Shown here: in pieces, positions 1 to 11,445 of the stretch
Layout of the letters: each line of letters opens with the position of its first letter
Position numbering within the stretch: the stretch's first letter is position 1
Made by a program: the position numbers and the translations under genes
Assembly (NCBI GenBank): GCA_009840135.1
Contig: VXOH01000008.1
Location: 5,450-69,449, forward strand
Length of the DNA stretch: 64,000 nt
Source of the DNA: Chloroflexota bacterium
GTDB lineage: Bacteria; Chloroflexota; Dehalococcoidia; Lucifugimonadales; UBA3495
Direction: 5' to 3'
Notes under the pieces: generated by a model
The model's input: the letters and a program-made list of their open reading frames with translations, nothing else
Told to the model about the DNA's origin: nothing
The model's database searches: none

Positions 1-677
1 ATCCGGCGCACCGTGACATCTCCCCTTACGGTGAGGTTCAGTCGATTGCGAACCGGGTTCAAATAGGTAATGGCGGTACTCATGCGGACGCCGTCAATGT
101 TATTCAACGGGCGGGCCGCGATGCCGCTGGAATCCGGATGATTCTGGTCCGGGTCCTGCCGGTAGCCCAGGTCAACGCAGGCATCGTAGAAGGCTGTTGC
201 GTGGCGGAGCCATTCTTCCCGCTTGTAACGGCGCACCGGAATGGGCCCGTCGCTGCCATGGAAATCATCCCCAGGGTAATCCAGGTCCGTCTCCAGCTTG
301 CGGAAATAGGGCAGCACCTTCAGGTAGTCCCACTCGTCGTTGCCCCAGGCGGCCCAGTTGTCGTAGTCGCCCGGTACGCCGCGGAAGAGCACTTGCCCGT
401 TGATGGAGGTGGAGCCTCCAATGGCCCGGCCCCGGGGTATCTGGACCTGTTCGGCCTGCAAGGGCGTGCCGGTGGCGGTATATCCCCAGTTGTGGGGACC
501 GTAAGCGGACCGCCACATATTGTTGCCTTCCTTAAGGTCCACGGGCAGATGTTCGAATTCAGGATAGTCGGGACCGGCTTCCAACAGCAGTACCGACCTC
601 CCGGGGTCCTCGGAAAGGCGCGCTGCCAAGACACAACCTGCCGCTCCGGCGCCCACCACAATTACATCATACTTCAT
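1..677 (-). CDS. GMC family FAD-dependent oxidoreductase (choline dehydrogenase-like). Only the N-terminal part is present; the gene runs off the window start.
   Basis: My own minus-strand translation from the ATG at 677 reads MKYDVIVVGAGAAGCVLAARLSEDPGRSVLLLEAGP (GxGxxG FAD fold), followed by RGRAIGGSTSINGQV (GMC signature). It is absent from the ORF track because it has no stop codon inside the window. The 138..683 + ORF is its shadow. Confidence 0.85.
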   Translation of the reverse strand, partial: MKYDVIVVGAGAAGCVLAARLSEDPGRSVLLLEAGPDYPEFEHLPVDLKEGNNMWRSAYGPHNWGYTATGTPLQAEQVQIPRGRAIGGSTSINGQVLFRGVPGDYDNWAAWGNDEWDYLKVLPYFRKLETDLDYPGDDFHGSDGPIPVRRYKREEWLRHATAFYDACVDLGYRQDPDQNHPDSSGIAARPLNNIDGVRMSTAITYLNPVRNRLNLTVRGDVTVRR

Positions 678-892
678 AGATAAAACCTCGTCGGCATTTC
701 CCGCATACCGGGGAACTCCAATGTTATACCACAAACCAGGTTTAGGGTGTATTCCAACCGAGTAAGGTCAGCGCTATCTACAGCCCAGGCGGCCCGAATT
801 ATCCTGAATTATCCGAGGAAAGCCGGTTGACACATTGGACGCCAAGTCAGCATCATAGCCCGAAGGATTAAACAATCAGTACGAGGTGGACA

Positions 893-2545
893 ATGGCAAA
901 CCTTACGGGCGCGCAGGCGCTGATTCAATCCCTGGCCAGGGAGGGGGTCGAGGTCGTTTTTGGCCTGCCTGGCGTCCAGATAATGGAAATATACGACGCC
1001 CTGTTTGAGCAGCCTGGAATCCGCCTCATTACGGTGCGGCACGAGCAGTCAGCGGGATACATGGCAGACGGCTACGCCCGTACCACCGGCAGAGTCGGCG
1101 TCGCCCTGGTTGTTCCGGGGCCTGGAGCGTTGAATGCCTCCGCCGCCATAGGAACGGCCTATGCTTCCTCTTCTCCCGTGATGCTTGTATCCGGGCAAAT
1201 TGACACAAACAGCCTGGGCCAGAGCAAGGGGGCCTTGCACGAAATCAACGACCAACTGGACGTGTTCCGGCCCATAACCAAGTGGAACGCTCGTACCACC
1301 AGACCCGAAGAAATCCCCGGCATGGTGCATATGGGCATGCAACATGCGCTGGACGGTCGGCCCAGGCCCGTGGAAATCGAGGTTCCCTTTGACATCCTGC
1401 CGACTTCCTCAGACATTGATTTGCTGGAGCGGGAGGGCACCGTGAAACAGTCCCCTGATCCGGCCAAAGTCAGGCAGGCGGCCGAGCTACTGGCCCGGGC
1501 GGAGCGGCCACTGATATGGGCCGGCGGAGGGTGCCGGGAGGCAGATATTTCATCGGAGTTGGCAGACCTGGCCGAGGCATTGAACGCCCCGGTAATCACC
1601 ACTCCTGAAGGAAAGGGGGCCATTCCTGAAAACCATTCTCTTTCGGTTGGTACCTTCTATTACGGGCACGGTCCTGCTTACCATACTTTGCCCCAATCAG
1701 ACGTAATCCTGGCCATTGGTAGCCGGATGAACCTGAATCCGCGGACACCGTGGTCCCTCCGTCCCGACCAGACGGTCATCCGGATTGACGCCGACCCCGA
1801 AGAACTGGGAAGGAACATAGAGGCCCAGGTGGGGATGGTGGCAGACGCCAGGCTGGGAGTTATTGAGCTTCTTGCCGAACTGGGCGGGTCTCCTGGGGCC
1901 AGCCAGTGGAACAGCAGTGAACTGAACGACATCAGGCAAAAGACGACCGAGGACCTTCGTGCCCTCGCGCCTATCCAGACGGAACTGGTTGAGACTATCC
2001 GGGCCGAACTGGATGACGACGCCATTATGGTTGCCGGCACCACTGAAGTTGCCTATTGGGGACACCTGGCATTCCCAGTTCTGAAGCCTCGTTCCTACCT
2101 GACCTCGAGCTACTTCGCTACCCTGGGCTACGCTTTTCCCACGGCCCTGGGCGCCAAGGTGGGAAACCCGGATCGCCAGGTGGTCGCCACCATCGGTGAC
2201 GGCGGGTTCATGTATGCCAACAGCGAACTCTCCACCGCTGTCCAGGAAGGAATCAATGTGGTGACGCTGGTCTTTAACAACGGCCTGCTGGGAGCGTCGC
2301 GAGCCGATCAAATGAATCGTTATCACGGCCGCACTATCGGTACGGAGCTTCACAATCCCGATTTTGCTCAGCTTGCCCAGGTTTACGGCGCGCTGGGAAT
2401 ACGACTCGAGGATCGCCGCGAGCTGGGGCCAGCCCTTCGTGACGCCTTGAAAGCCGACCGGCCTGCCGTCATAGAGGTGCCAATGCCGAACCTGCGCCCG
2501 CCCTTCCAGACACCGCCCCACGGACTTGAGGCGGTAATCGGGTAG
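893..2545 (+). CDS. Thiamine-diphosphate-dependent enzyme, acetolactate synthase large subunit-like
   Basis: 550 aa. The N-terminus GAQALIQSLAREGVEVVFGLPG, the segment HEQSAGYMADGYAR and the ThDP motif GDGGFMYANSELSTA are typical of the IlvB/TPP family. Confidence 0.85.
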   Translation: MANLTGAQALIQSLAREGVEVVFGLPGVQIMEIYDALFEQPGIRLITVRHEQSAGYMADGYARTTGRVGVALVVPGPGALNASAAIGTAYASSSPVMLVSGQIDTNSLGQSKGALHEINDQLDVFRPITKWNARTTRPEEIPGMVHMGMQHALDGRPRPVEIEVPFDILPTSSDIDLLEREGTVKQSPDPAKVRQAAELLARAERPLIWAGGGCREADISSELADLAEALNAPVITTPEGKGAIPENHSLSVGTFYYGHGPAYHTLPQSDVILAIGSRMNLNPRTPWSLRPDQTVIRIDADPEELGRNIEAQVGMVADARLGVIELLAELGGSPGASQWNSSELNDIRQKTTEDLRALAPIQTELVETIRAELDDDAIMVAGTTEVAYWGHLAFPVLKPRSYLTSSYFATLGYAFPTALGAKVGNPDRQVVATIGDGGFMYANSELSTAVQEGINVVTLVFNNGLLGASRADQMNRYHGRTIGTELHNPDFAQLAQVYGALGIRLEDRRELGPALRDALKADRPAVIEVPMPNLRPPFQTPPHGLEAVIG

Positions 2546-2624
2546 GACCGGAGTTCGGAAGAACGGCGCGAACCTTCAACGAATTTCATCAGTACCAGGC
2601 CTGAGCCAATACCTCTCACCATAT

Positions 2625-3038
2625 ATGGACGCACATCCAGATACCAAGAGAATTGACCGCTACCGCAGCCAGAGTCTGCGGCTGCTGGAAAGCGCCATGA
2701 CAGAGTTGCGCAGCGGGCGTTGGAATCGTTCGGAGGAGATGCTCTGGGGCAGCCTCACTTTGGCGGTAAAGGGTGCGGCCCTGAGCCGGGGCGACGAACT
2801 GGGTGACGACGAATCAGTCAGGGAGTATGCCGCGGTCCTCGGGTCCGATTTGAGGGACCGCAGAGTCCGTGAATCCTTTGCCCAGTTGGCCTCGCTCACC
2901 GAAGCATTGGAGAGAGCCAGAGAAACACGTCGCCGGGTGGAAGGGGTGTTCCGTGCCCTGGATGACATCAGCGGCGCCGTAGAGAGATTGTGGGACCTGG
3001 TGGACGCCAACCAGAGTTCTCAAGAATCCAGCGCATAG
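2625..3038 (+). CDS. Hypothetical helical protein (PaREP1/HEPN-like pattern EEMLWGSLTLAVKGAA)
   Basis: 137-aa ORF with coding-like composition. The family assignment is only a weak motif resemblance. Confidence 0.4.
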   Translation: MDAHPDTKRIDRYRSQSLRLLESAMTELRSGRWNRSEEMLWGSLTLAVKGAALSRGDELGDDESVREYAAVLGSDLRDRRVRESFAQLASLTEALERARETRRRVEGVFRALDDISGAVERLWDLVDANQSSQESSA

Positions 3039-3081
3039 CCCAATCTGCAAGGCAATTAGCTTCTTAAAGAGAAAAACCATT

Positions 3082-4500
3082 ATGTCATCCTCTATGCCCA
3101 CTCCCACTCCCGTGCAACTGCACAAGCCCGACCGGGCCCAGCCAGAAGCCGGCCTCCGGGGACGGGTTGTCATCCAAACCCATGGGTGCAAACTCAACCA
3201 GGCCGACAGCAGCATGCTGGCCCGACAGTTCCGTCAATCCGGGTATACCCTGGTTGAAGAGGTAAGCGATGCGGACATCTACGTGCTGAACGCCTGCACG
3301 GTAACGGCTACGGCCGACTCCAAGGCTCGACAGTCCCTGCGGGCGGCCCGGAGAGCCAATCCCGACGCCGTGATTGTTGCGGCCGGGTGCTACCCCCAGC
3401 GCGCCGCCGAGGAACTGGAGAGGATGCCCGCTGTGTCCCTCGTGGTGGGAAACCAGGACAAGGAATCGCTGGTTAGGCGAGCCATATCTGCGCACCTGCA
3501 AGTGCAGGGCCGCAATTTTGAAGCGGCCGGGCCAAAAGATTCACCGGAATTTTCTGGCGAGTCCATTTCCGGCAATCTACCCGGGCGCAGCCGCGGGATG
3601 GTCAAGATACAGGAAGGATGCGACCAGGTCTGCGCCTATTGCATTGTGCCCAAGGTCCGGGGCAGAGAGCGCAGTATTCCGCCCCAGGAAATCGTTGCAG
3701 AAGTCCGGCGAAGCGGCGCTGAGGGCTGCCTGGAGGTTGCGCTGACCGGTACCCAACTGGGCACCTACGGGTTCGACATTCCCGGGGCTAGCCTCAAGAA
3801 ATTGATCAAAGCAATACTGGATGAGACGGAAATTCCCCGGCTCCGGGTCTCCTCGCTGCAGCCCCAGGAAATTGATCAGGACCTTTTACGGCTCTGGCTG
3901 GAGGAATCCCGGCTTTGTCCTCACTTCCATATCCCGCTCCAGAGCGGGTCGGATGCCATTCTGAAGGCCATGCGCCGCCAGTATGACACTACAGGATTTG
4001 CCGAGACCGTCAGCATGATTAGGCAATCCATTCCCCATGCCGGCGTAACGGCAGACCTGATTGTGGGGTTTCCTGGCGAAAAAGATTGCGAATTTGAAGA
4101 GAGTCTTGCCTTTGTGGAGGATATGCGGTTCAGCGACCTCCATATCTTTCCCTATTCCAGGCGACCGGGAACATCTGCCGCTTACCTGGACGGACATTTG
4201 ACCGAAGCAGTCAAGAAGGAACGTATGAAGCAAGCCCTGAAGTTGGCACGCCGGTCATTTCAGGAATTCCGATCCGGCCAGTTGGGAACTACTCGTCCGG
4301 TTCTTTGGGAAAGCGCTCGCAATTCCGGCGCAGGCAATACACTTTCGGGTTTGACCGACAACTACATCCGAGTGGATTGCAGTGTCGAAGGCTCAGCTGG
4401 CCAATATTCAGGCCTGCCCAATTCCATTACCCTCGCCCGCCTGCTTGAGTTGCGGGAAGACCGGGTCACCGCGAAACCGCTTTTCACCAAAGCCAATTGA
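3082..4500 (+). CDS. mtaB: tRNA threonylcarbamoyladenosine methylthiotransferase MtaB (radical SAM, MiaB-like)
   Basis: The UPF0004 N-domain reads VVIQTHGCKLNQADS. The radical-SAM motif is CDQVCAYC, and a TRAM-like C-terminus follows. Confidence 0.85.
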   Translation: MSSSMPTPTPVQLHKPDRAQPEAGLRGRVVIQTHGCKLNQADSSMLARQFRQSGYTLVEEVSDADIYVLNACTVTATADSKARQSLRAARRANPDAVIVAAGCYPQRAAEELERMPAVSLVVGNQDKESLVRRAISAHLQVQGRNFEAAGPKDSPEFSGESISGNLPGRSRGMVKIQEGCDQVCAYCIVPKVRGRERSIPPQEIVAEVRRSGAEGCLEVALTGTQLGTYGFDIPGASLKKLIKAILDETEIPRLRVSSLQPQEIDQDLLRLWLEESRLCPHFHIPLQSGSDAILKAMRRQYDTTGFAETVSMIRQSIPHAGVTADLIVGFPGEKDCEFEESLAFVEDMRFSDLHIFPYSRRPGTSAAYLDGHLTEAVKKERMKQALKLARRSFQEFRSGQLGTTRPVLWESARNSGAGNTLSGLTDNYIRVDCSVEGSAGQYSGLPNSITLARLLELREDRVTAKPLFTKAN

Positions 4501-4605
4501 TCAGGCGTTCACCTGATATGCCGGAGCTTGCGCACCGTTTCCTTCCTTTCCGGCGCGGCAACCCGTGATGCTCTATTAGGCAAAGCAAACCATGCAGGCA
4601 AAAGG

Positions 4606-4634
4606 AAAAGCCCCGAGGCTTTCTCGGGGCTTTT
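4606..4634. terminator. Bidirectional rho-independent terminator between convergent mtaB and the MBL hydrolase gene
   Basis: Perfect 11-bp stem AAAGCCCCGAG / CTCGGGGCTTT with a 5-nt loop. It is flanked by an A-run upstream and a T-run downstream. Confidence 0.8.
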
Positions 4635-4702
4635 GAATTACCTGAAGGTTGCTTACGGTCCTGCTTGTTATCCAATATTCTATCTGGTTGAAGATGCTGG
4701 AT

Positions 4703-5551
4703 TCAGTTGCGGCTCTTGATGGTCAGGTCCACCGGCGTTACATATACCATTTCGCCCCGGCGTTCCAGGTACCCGCTCTTCACATCGTGCCCGTGGGAAA
4801 ACCCCAGGAGCCACCCCATTTTCTCGGCGTCCTTCAAGATGTCCTTTTTCTGCTCCAGGGTGTCCTGGGGGGAGTAGTCAAAGGCCGAAATAACCGGCAA
4901 ATTTAGGTGAAAGGGAGTCGGCACCAGGTCTCCCATGATTACCAATCGCTCACCGCCGTGGTTGAACAGAACCAACTGGTGTCCCCTGGCCGGCCCGTCA
5001 CATTGGATAACCTGAAGACCGGGAAATATCTCTGTGTCGCCATCAAGAAGCTCAAGCTGCCCCTTTTCGGCGATGGGCATGAAATTCTCAATGCGATAGG
5101 CATACTTGCCGCGCTCACTGGGGTTGCAGGCCTCTTCCCAGGATGCCCTTTGAACGTAGTACCTGGCCCTGGAGAAGGTGGGAACGATGGAACCCGTTCG
5201 ATCCATCCGAGTGCAACCACCGCTATGCTCAAAATGCAGATGAGTAAGAATGACTGCGCTGATGTCCTTGGGGGTAAGGCCGGCGTTCTTCAGTTCCTTG
5301 AACATCCTGCTGGGAACCAGCCCATAGTTTTCCTTGTCCTTGTCGTCCTGATTGGTTCCAACACCCGCATCTACCAGGACCCACTGCCCGCCAACGTTAA
5401 ACAGCCAGCAGTTCAGGCCCAGGGTAATACGGTTTTTCCGGTCCGTTGAAACTATGTTCTCCCAGACGGTCTTGGGCAACTGTCCAAACAGCGCCCCGCC
5501 ATCTATCTTTAATGTTCCGTCGCAAACAACCCGAGCTTCCGTAGACACCAT
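4703..5551 (-). CDS. MBL-fold metallo-hydrolase
   Basis: 282 aa. It carries the metallo-beta-lactamase motif ILTHLHFEHSGG and downstream His/Asp ligands. Confidence 0.8.
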   Translation of the reverse strand: MVSTEARVVCDGTLKIDGGALFGQLPKTVWENIVSTDRKNRITLGLNCWLFNVGGQWVLVDAGVGTNQDDKDKENYGLVPSRMFKELKNAGLTPKDISAVILTHLHFEHSGGCTRMDRTGSIVPTFSRARYYVQRASWEEACNPSERGKYAYRIENFMPIAEKGQLELLDGDTEIFPGLQVIQCDGPARGHQLVLFNHGGERLVIMGDLVPTPFHLNLPVISAFDYSPQDTLEQKKDILKDAEKMGWLLGFSHGHDVKSGYLERRGEMVYVTPVDLTIKSRN

Positions 5552-6217
5552 AAGCCCACCTCACTTCCAAACTCTGCCTAAAACGTTCCCACGACCTGGT
5601 GCCTTGAGGATGAATTTAGGCTAGTATTCTTATGGCCTGAACGCTGGTTCAACCAGTTTTCGGGTAATGATGACTAGACCAATCTGCGAGGTCCCCACCC
5701 GGCACTGAATGGATAACAAGATTCCCAAGGGAGGCCACCGGGCCTTCCACTTCGAGAATCCGACCCACGAGAAGAACCGCTAAGGGTCCGGAAGTAAAGC
5801 TGCTCCAGGGGTTGGCACACTTCCGAGAGGGGCCCGATTGGTTCGGAGAGTATCATTCAAGGGCAAAAATGACTGGAATGGATGTTAGACTCCGCCCCGT
5901 TATGCAAGGTTAAAAGACATTACCTTGGCCGTTGTCAAGGCAAAATTTTAGAAATTTCCTAAAATTAGAAAAATTCATGCCGTGAAATTTTCTTCCCGAT
6001 TACTCATAGAGTTTGAAGTACGCATTTCCAATGCCCAGGGAAGATACATACACGACCCAAGGCTAGTTGGGGTAATGGGGTAGGCATAATCTCGGTTCGG
6101 AAGCCAGTACGAAATTGAATACAATAGTGGATAGCCAGCGCCGCCGGGGCTAAGGCTTTTGGCAGGTGACCGGGCGTCCTGCATTTCCGGGGTGAAAGAA
6201 TTTCCAGCCTTTCTAGA

Positions 6218-7003
6218 TTGCGGCTAAGGACTCATGAACTGCTCGAGGTCGGACCGTCAGGAGACCGAGTGAGTCGAGCCCTCGACGTGTTCATAATAGG
6301 CCTGATTATCGTCAACACCCTTGCTGAGATTCTGGAAACGGTTGGACCCATCTACGACGCGGCGCCCCTGTTCTTTCAGATTCTGGAAGCGGCGTCCATG
6401 GCCCTCTTCACCATAGAGTATCTGCTGCGCATGTGGTCTTGCACGGCAGAACCCAGGTATTCCCACCCCCTTTACGGGCGGCTCAGATTTGGCCTTACGC
6501 CTTTGCTCCTCATTGACCTGATAGCGCTGGCTCCCTTTTACCTTCCCTTCCTGGGACTGGACGATTTGCGGGTATTGAGGGCCCTGCGATTGCTGGCGTG
6601 GGCGGCCCGCCTCGGAAGGTATTTTGAGGGAATTCGCACCCTGGGCATGGTGCTCAGGAGCAAGATTTATGAGCTCCTCACCGTTGTAATGGTGCTTGGT
6701 GTAATGCTGGTACTGGCGTCGTCGGTTATGTATTACGCCGAGCACAGGGCCCAGCCTCAAGACTTCGCCAGCATTCCTGAAGCCATGTGGTGGAGCATCA
6801 TTACGCTTACTACCGTGGGATACGGAGACGTCTCCCCGGTTACGCCCATGGGCAAGTTCATGGCGGGAATAATAGCGGTGATGGGCATTGGCATGTTTGC
6901 CCTGCCCGCTGGCATCCTAGGATCAGGTTTCCTGTCCGAGATTCAGCGGCAGAATCGCACGTCCCGGTTTTGCCCGCATTGCGGCGAGCCCCTGGACGAC
7001 TAG
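6218..7003 (+). CDS. Voltage-gated-type potassium channel (ion transport family)
   Basis: The K+ selectivity filter TLTTVGYGDV is present, with an S4-like segment LRVLRALRLLAWAARL. The C-terminal tail is RFCPHCGEPLDD. The start codon is TTG, so the start is uncertain. Confidence 0.85.
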   Translation: MRLRTHELLEVGPSGDRVSRALDVFIIGLIIVNTLAEILETVGPIYDAAPLFFQILEAASMALFTIEYLLRMWSCTAEPRYSHPLYGRLRFGLTPLLLIDLIALAPFYLPFLGLDDLRVLRALRLLAWAARLGRYFEGIRTLGMVLRSKIYELLTVVMVLGVMLVLASSVMYYAEHRAQPQDFASIPEAMWWSIITLTTVGYGDVSPVTPMGKFMAGIIAVMGIGMFALPAGILGSGFLSEIQRQNRTSRFCPHCGEPLDD

Positions 7004-7066
7004 AACCTCAATTCTGATGCAGTGGACCAGCACACAAGAGCTCGACACTGAGGTCGGATGAAAGCT

Positions 7067-8566
7067 TCAACTGGTCAAATTTTCCAGTGCCCAGCCAAGC
7101 CTCGCGGTAACCCTCTCCTTCCCCAGCACTACCATGGTGTCGAACAAGGGAGGGGACACATTTCTCCCGGTGGCAGCCCATCGCAATGTCCCGAAGAATC
7201 TGCGAGGGGTTAGTCCCAGTTCCTCTCCCAGGGACCGCATATCCTCTTCGAGCCTTTCCGTGTCAAATTCTGCTGACTTGAGATAGTGCAGGGCCTTCTC
7301 CAGGGCCTGCAGAGCCTCTTCTGTAGTCATTCCCCTCTGCACCAGGTTGGCAGGGTCATACTCAGGCTGTTCCTCGAGGAAGTAGGCGATCATGTCGGGG
7401 GCCTCAGTCAAAGACTTCAGCCGTTCCTGGATCAGCGGTACGATTGTCAGAAGATAACTGCGATCCAGGGGGAGCAACTCCGGGGCCAGCCCCTGTTCCA
7501 GGAAAGGCGTCAAGGCGTCGGCCAGGGATTCAACGTCCATGTCCCGAATATAGACGCCGTTCATCCAAGTCAGCTTTTCCCGGTCGAAGATAGCGGCCGG
7601 TTTCCCTACCCGGTCAAGGGTAAAATTATCCACCATGGTTTCCAGGGGCATAACTTCGGTCTTGTCATCCAGCGACCACCCAAGCAAGACCATGAAGTTC
7701 CGCAGGGCGTCGGGCAAAAAACCGTCCTCCCGGTATTCCAGGATTGAGGTAGCGCCGTGCCGCTTGGACAGCTTGGCGCGGTCGGGGCCCAGTATCATGG
7801 GCAGGTGGCCATGTTCGGGAGGGGTGTATCCCAGGGCTCGATAGAGTTGCAAATGGCGGGGGGCGCTGGACAACCACTCCTCCGCCCTCAATACATGGCT
7901 GACCTGCATGAGATGGTCATCGGTCACCACCGCCAGGTGGTAAGTAGGAAAACCGTCCGATTTCAGCAGGATAAAATCATCCACCAGTTCGTTCTGCCAC
8001 TCCACCTCATCCCTGATCAGGTCTTTCAGCTTGGTTACACCTGTTTCAGGCATGGCAAAGCGCACCACACTCGGGGCGCCCTCATCCTCGAATGCGTTGC
8101 GCTCGGCCTGGGTCAGGTGACGGCAACGCCGGTCGTAGCCCAGTGAAACTTTGTTCCGCTCCTGCTCGGCCCGGACCTCCACCAGGCGTTCCCTGGTGCA
8201 GTAACACCTGTAGGCGTCACCCTGTTGGATGAGCCTTTCGGCCTCGGCATGATATAAAGGCAGCCGCTCCGATTGGAAATACGACCCGAAATCTCCGCCC
8301 ACCCTGGGGCCCTCGTCCCAGTCAATGTCCAGCCATTCCAGGCCATCGAGGATGCCGTCAACGGCCCCGGGCACCAGCCTCTCCTGGTCCGTGTCCTCAA
8401 TCCTGACGATGAACTTGCCGCCGTGATGGCGAGCAAAAAGCCAATTGAACAGGGCGGTGCGAATGTTGCCAATGTGAGGCAATCCTGTTGGGCTGGGGGC
8501 ATACCTTACACGTACTTCGTCGGCCAAAATTCTTCTCCTGGAAACACCGGCACGTAAGCCCGACAA
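7067..8566 (-). CDS. gltX: Glutamate--tRNA ligase
   Basis: The class I HIGH motif reads PSPTGLPHIGNIRTALFNW and the KMSKS-type motif is KLSKRHG. 499 aa. Confidence 0.95.
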   Translation of the reverse strand: MSGLRAGVSRRRILADEVRVRYAPSPTGLPHIGNIRTALFNWLFARHHGGKFIVRIEDTDQERLVPGAVDGILDGLEWLDIDWDEGPRVGGDFGSYFQSERLPLYHAEAERLIQQGDAYRCYCTRERLVEVRAEQERNKVSLGYDRRCRHLTQAERNAFEDEGAPSVVRFAMPETGVTKLKDLIRDEVEWQNELVDDFILLKSDGFPTYHLAVVTDDHLMQVSHVLRAEEWLSSAPRHLQLYRALGYTPPEHGHLPMILGPDRAKLSKRHGATSILEYREDGFLPDALRNFMVLLGWSLDDKTEVMPLETMVDNFTLDRVGKPAAIFDREKLTWMNGVYIRDMDVESLADALTPFLEQGLAPELLPLDRSYLLTIVPLIQERLKSLTEAPDMIAYFLEEQPEYDPANLVQRGMTTEEALQALEKALHYLKSAEFDTERLEEDMRSLGEELGLTPRRFFGTLRWAATGRNVSPPLFDTMVVLGKERVTARLGWALENLTS

Positions 8567-8658
8567 TCAATCGCTGCCAAGCTGCCTGTTAGTTATCCAG
8601 CGTCAGGCAATTATGCATTGGGGCCCGTGAGCCGTCTCGCAGGTCACATTGAGAATCG

Positions 8659-10359
<1,701 letters not shown>

Positions 10360-10491
10360 TCTGGTAGATTCCTTAGAAATGGTTTTGTAAGTGTGGCGCT
10401 CTTTCCGCCCTCGAATATTTTAGCACCTGGGGAAATTGAAACGAAAAGGGGACGGTTGGTCAGGCAGTTCTTATTCTCAAAGCTTTGACTT

Positions 10492-11361
10492 TCATTCAAC
10501 CTGGCAGTCCAGACCCAGGCTCTGCAGCGCCTGCCGCAAGTCCGCCGGAAGCCGGGACCGGAACTCGACATACTCACCGCTGGAAGGATGACTGAACGCC
10601 AGAAAACTGGCGTGCAGGAATTGCCGCGAAATCACGAGGTTACGACGCCCATAAAGGGGGTCTCCAAACAGGGGGTAGCCCAGGTACGCCATGTGGACTC
10701 GAATCTGGTGGGTGCGGCCCGTTTCCAGATCCAGCTCCAGCAGGGCATGGTTGTCCCATTCCTTCACCACCCGGTAGGAGGTCCGAGATTCCCTTCCGCC
10801 GAGGACAACGGCCATACGCTTACGATTCCTGGGGTCCCGGGCGATGGGTGCATCAATTACCTCTTCTTCCTGGGGGGGTACTCCCACCGTCAAGGCCAGG
10901 TAACCCTTCCGTACGTGGCGCTCCTTTATCTGGGCGGTCAGACTGTGGTGCGCCTTCTCTGACTTGGCTACCACCATGAGGCCCGAAGTATCCTTGTCCA
11001 GCCGATGCACTATCCCGGGTCTGAGGACCCCTCCTATACCCCTGATGTCGGGGCACAGGGCCAGCAGGGCGTTGACCAGGGTGCCATCCGAGTGCCCCGG
11101 CCCGGGATGTACCGACAAGCCGGCGGGCTTTTCCACTACAGCCAGTTCAGAGTCCTGGAAAATAACCGAAACCGGGATGTCCTGAGGCTCCAGATCCAAC
11201 TCCCTGGGGGGCGGCACTGTAAGTACCACACAGTCGCCGCCGCGAACCTTTTGAGACGGACGGGCGACCCTGCCGTTCAGCGTCACCAGTCCCTGCTTAA
11301 TCAGCGAATGGATGCGGCTGCGAGTCAGGGAACGCTCCCGGTCCGAGACAAAGCGGTCCAG
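10492..11361 (-). CDS. rluD: 23S rRNA pseudouridine synthase, RluD/RluA family (S4 domain plus catalytic domain). The start is unresolved.
   Basis: The catalytic motif is HRLDKDTSGLMVVAK. The S4-like segment RLDRFVSDRERSLTRSRIHSLIKQGLVTLNG lies upstream of the first GTG at 11286. The frame is open back to 11445 but contains only CTG or ATC as possible starts. The end given here is the in-frame CTG at 11361. Confidence 0.8.
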   Translation of the reverse strand: MDRFVSDRERSLTRSRIHSLIKQGLVTLNGRVARPSQKVRGGDCVVLTVPPPRELDLEPQDIPVSVIFQDSELAVVEKPAGLSVHPGPGHSDGTLVNALLALCPDIRGIGGVLRPGIVHRLDKDTSGLMVVAKSEKAHHSLTAQIKERHVRKGYLALTVGVPPQEEEVIDAPIARDPRNRKRMAVVLGGRESRTSYRVVKEWDNHALLELDLETGRTHQIRVHMAYLGYPLFGDPLYGRRNLVISRQFLHASFLAFSHPSSGEYVEFRSRLPADLRQALQSLGLDCQVE

Positions 11362-11445
11362 GCGGCTCGCCCCGGAGGATGCAGTGTATTCTTTCCTTTG
11401 GTTGATATTCTTGTCCTTGACTTTCGTCCTGCGCTTGAGGAGGAA

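Noticed and set aside
138-683. A 181-aa + strand ORF at the window start.
   Set aside because: It is antisense to the GMC oxidoreductase gene, whose FAD-binding N-terminus reads cleanly on the minus strand.
5770-5830. An SRP (4.5S) RNA-like string, GGGUCCGGAAGUAAAGCUGCUCC.
   Set aside because: The GGAA loop is not closed by the required stem, AGCUGC replaces the conserved AGCAGC, and no long 5'/3' helix could be found.
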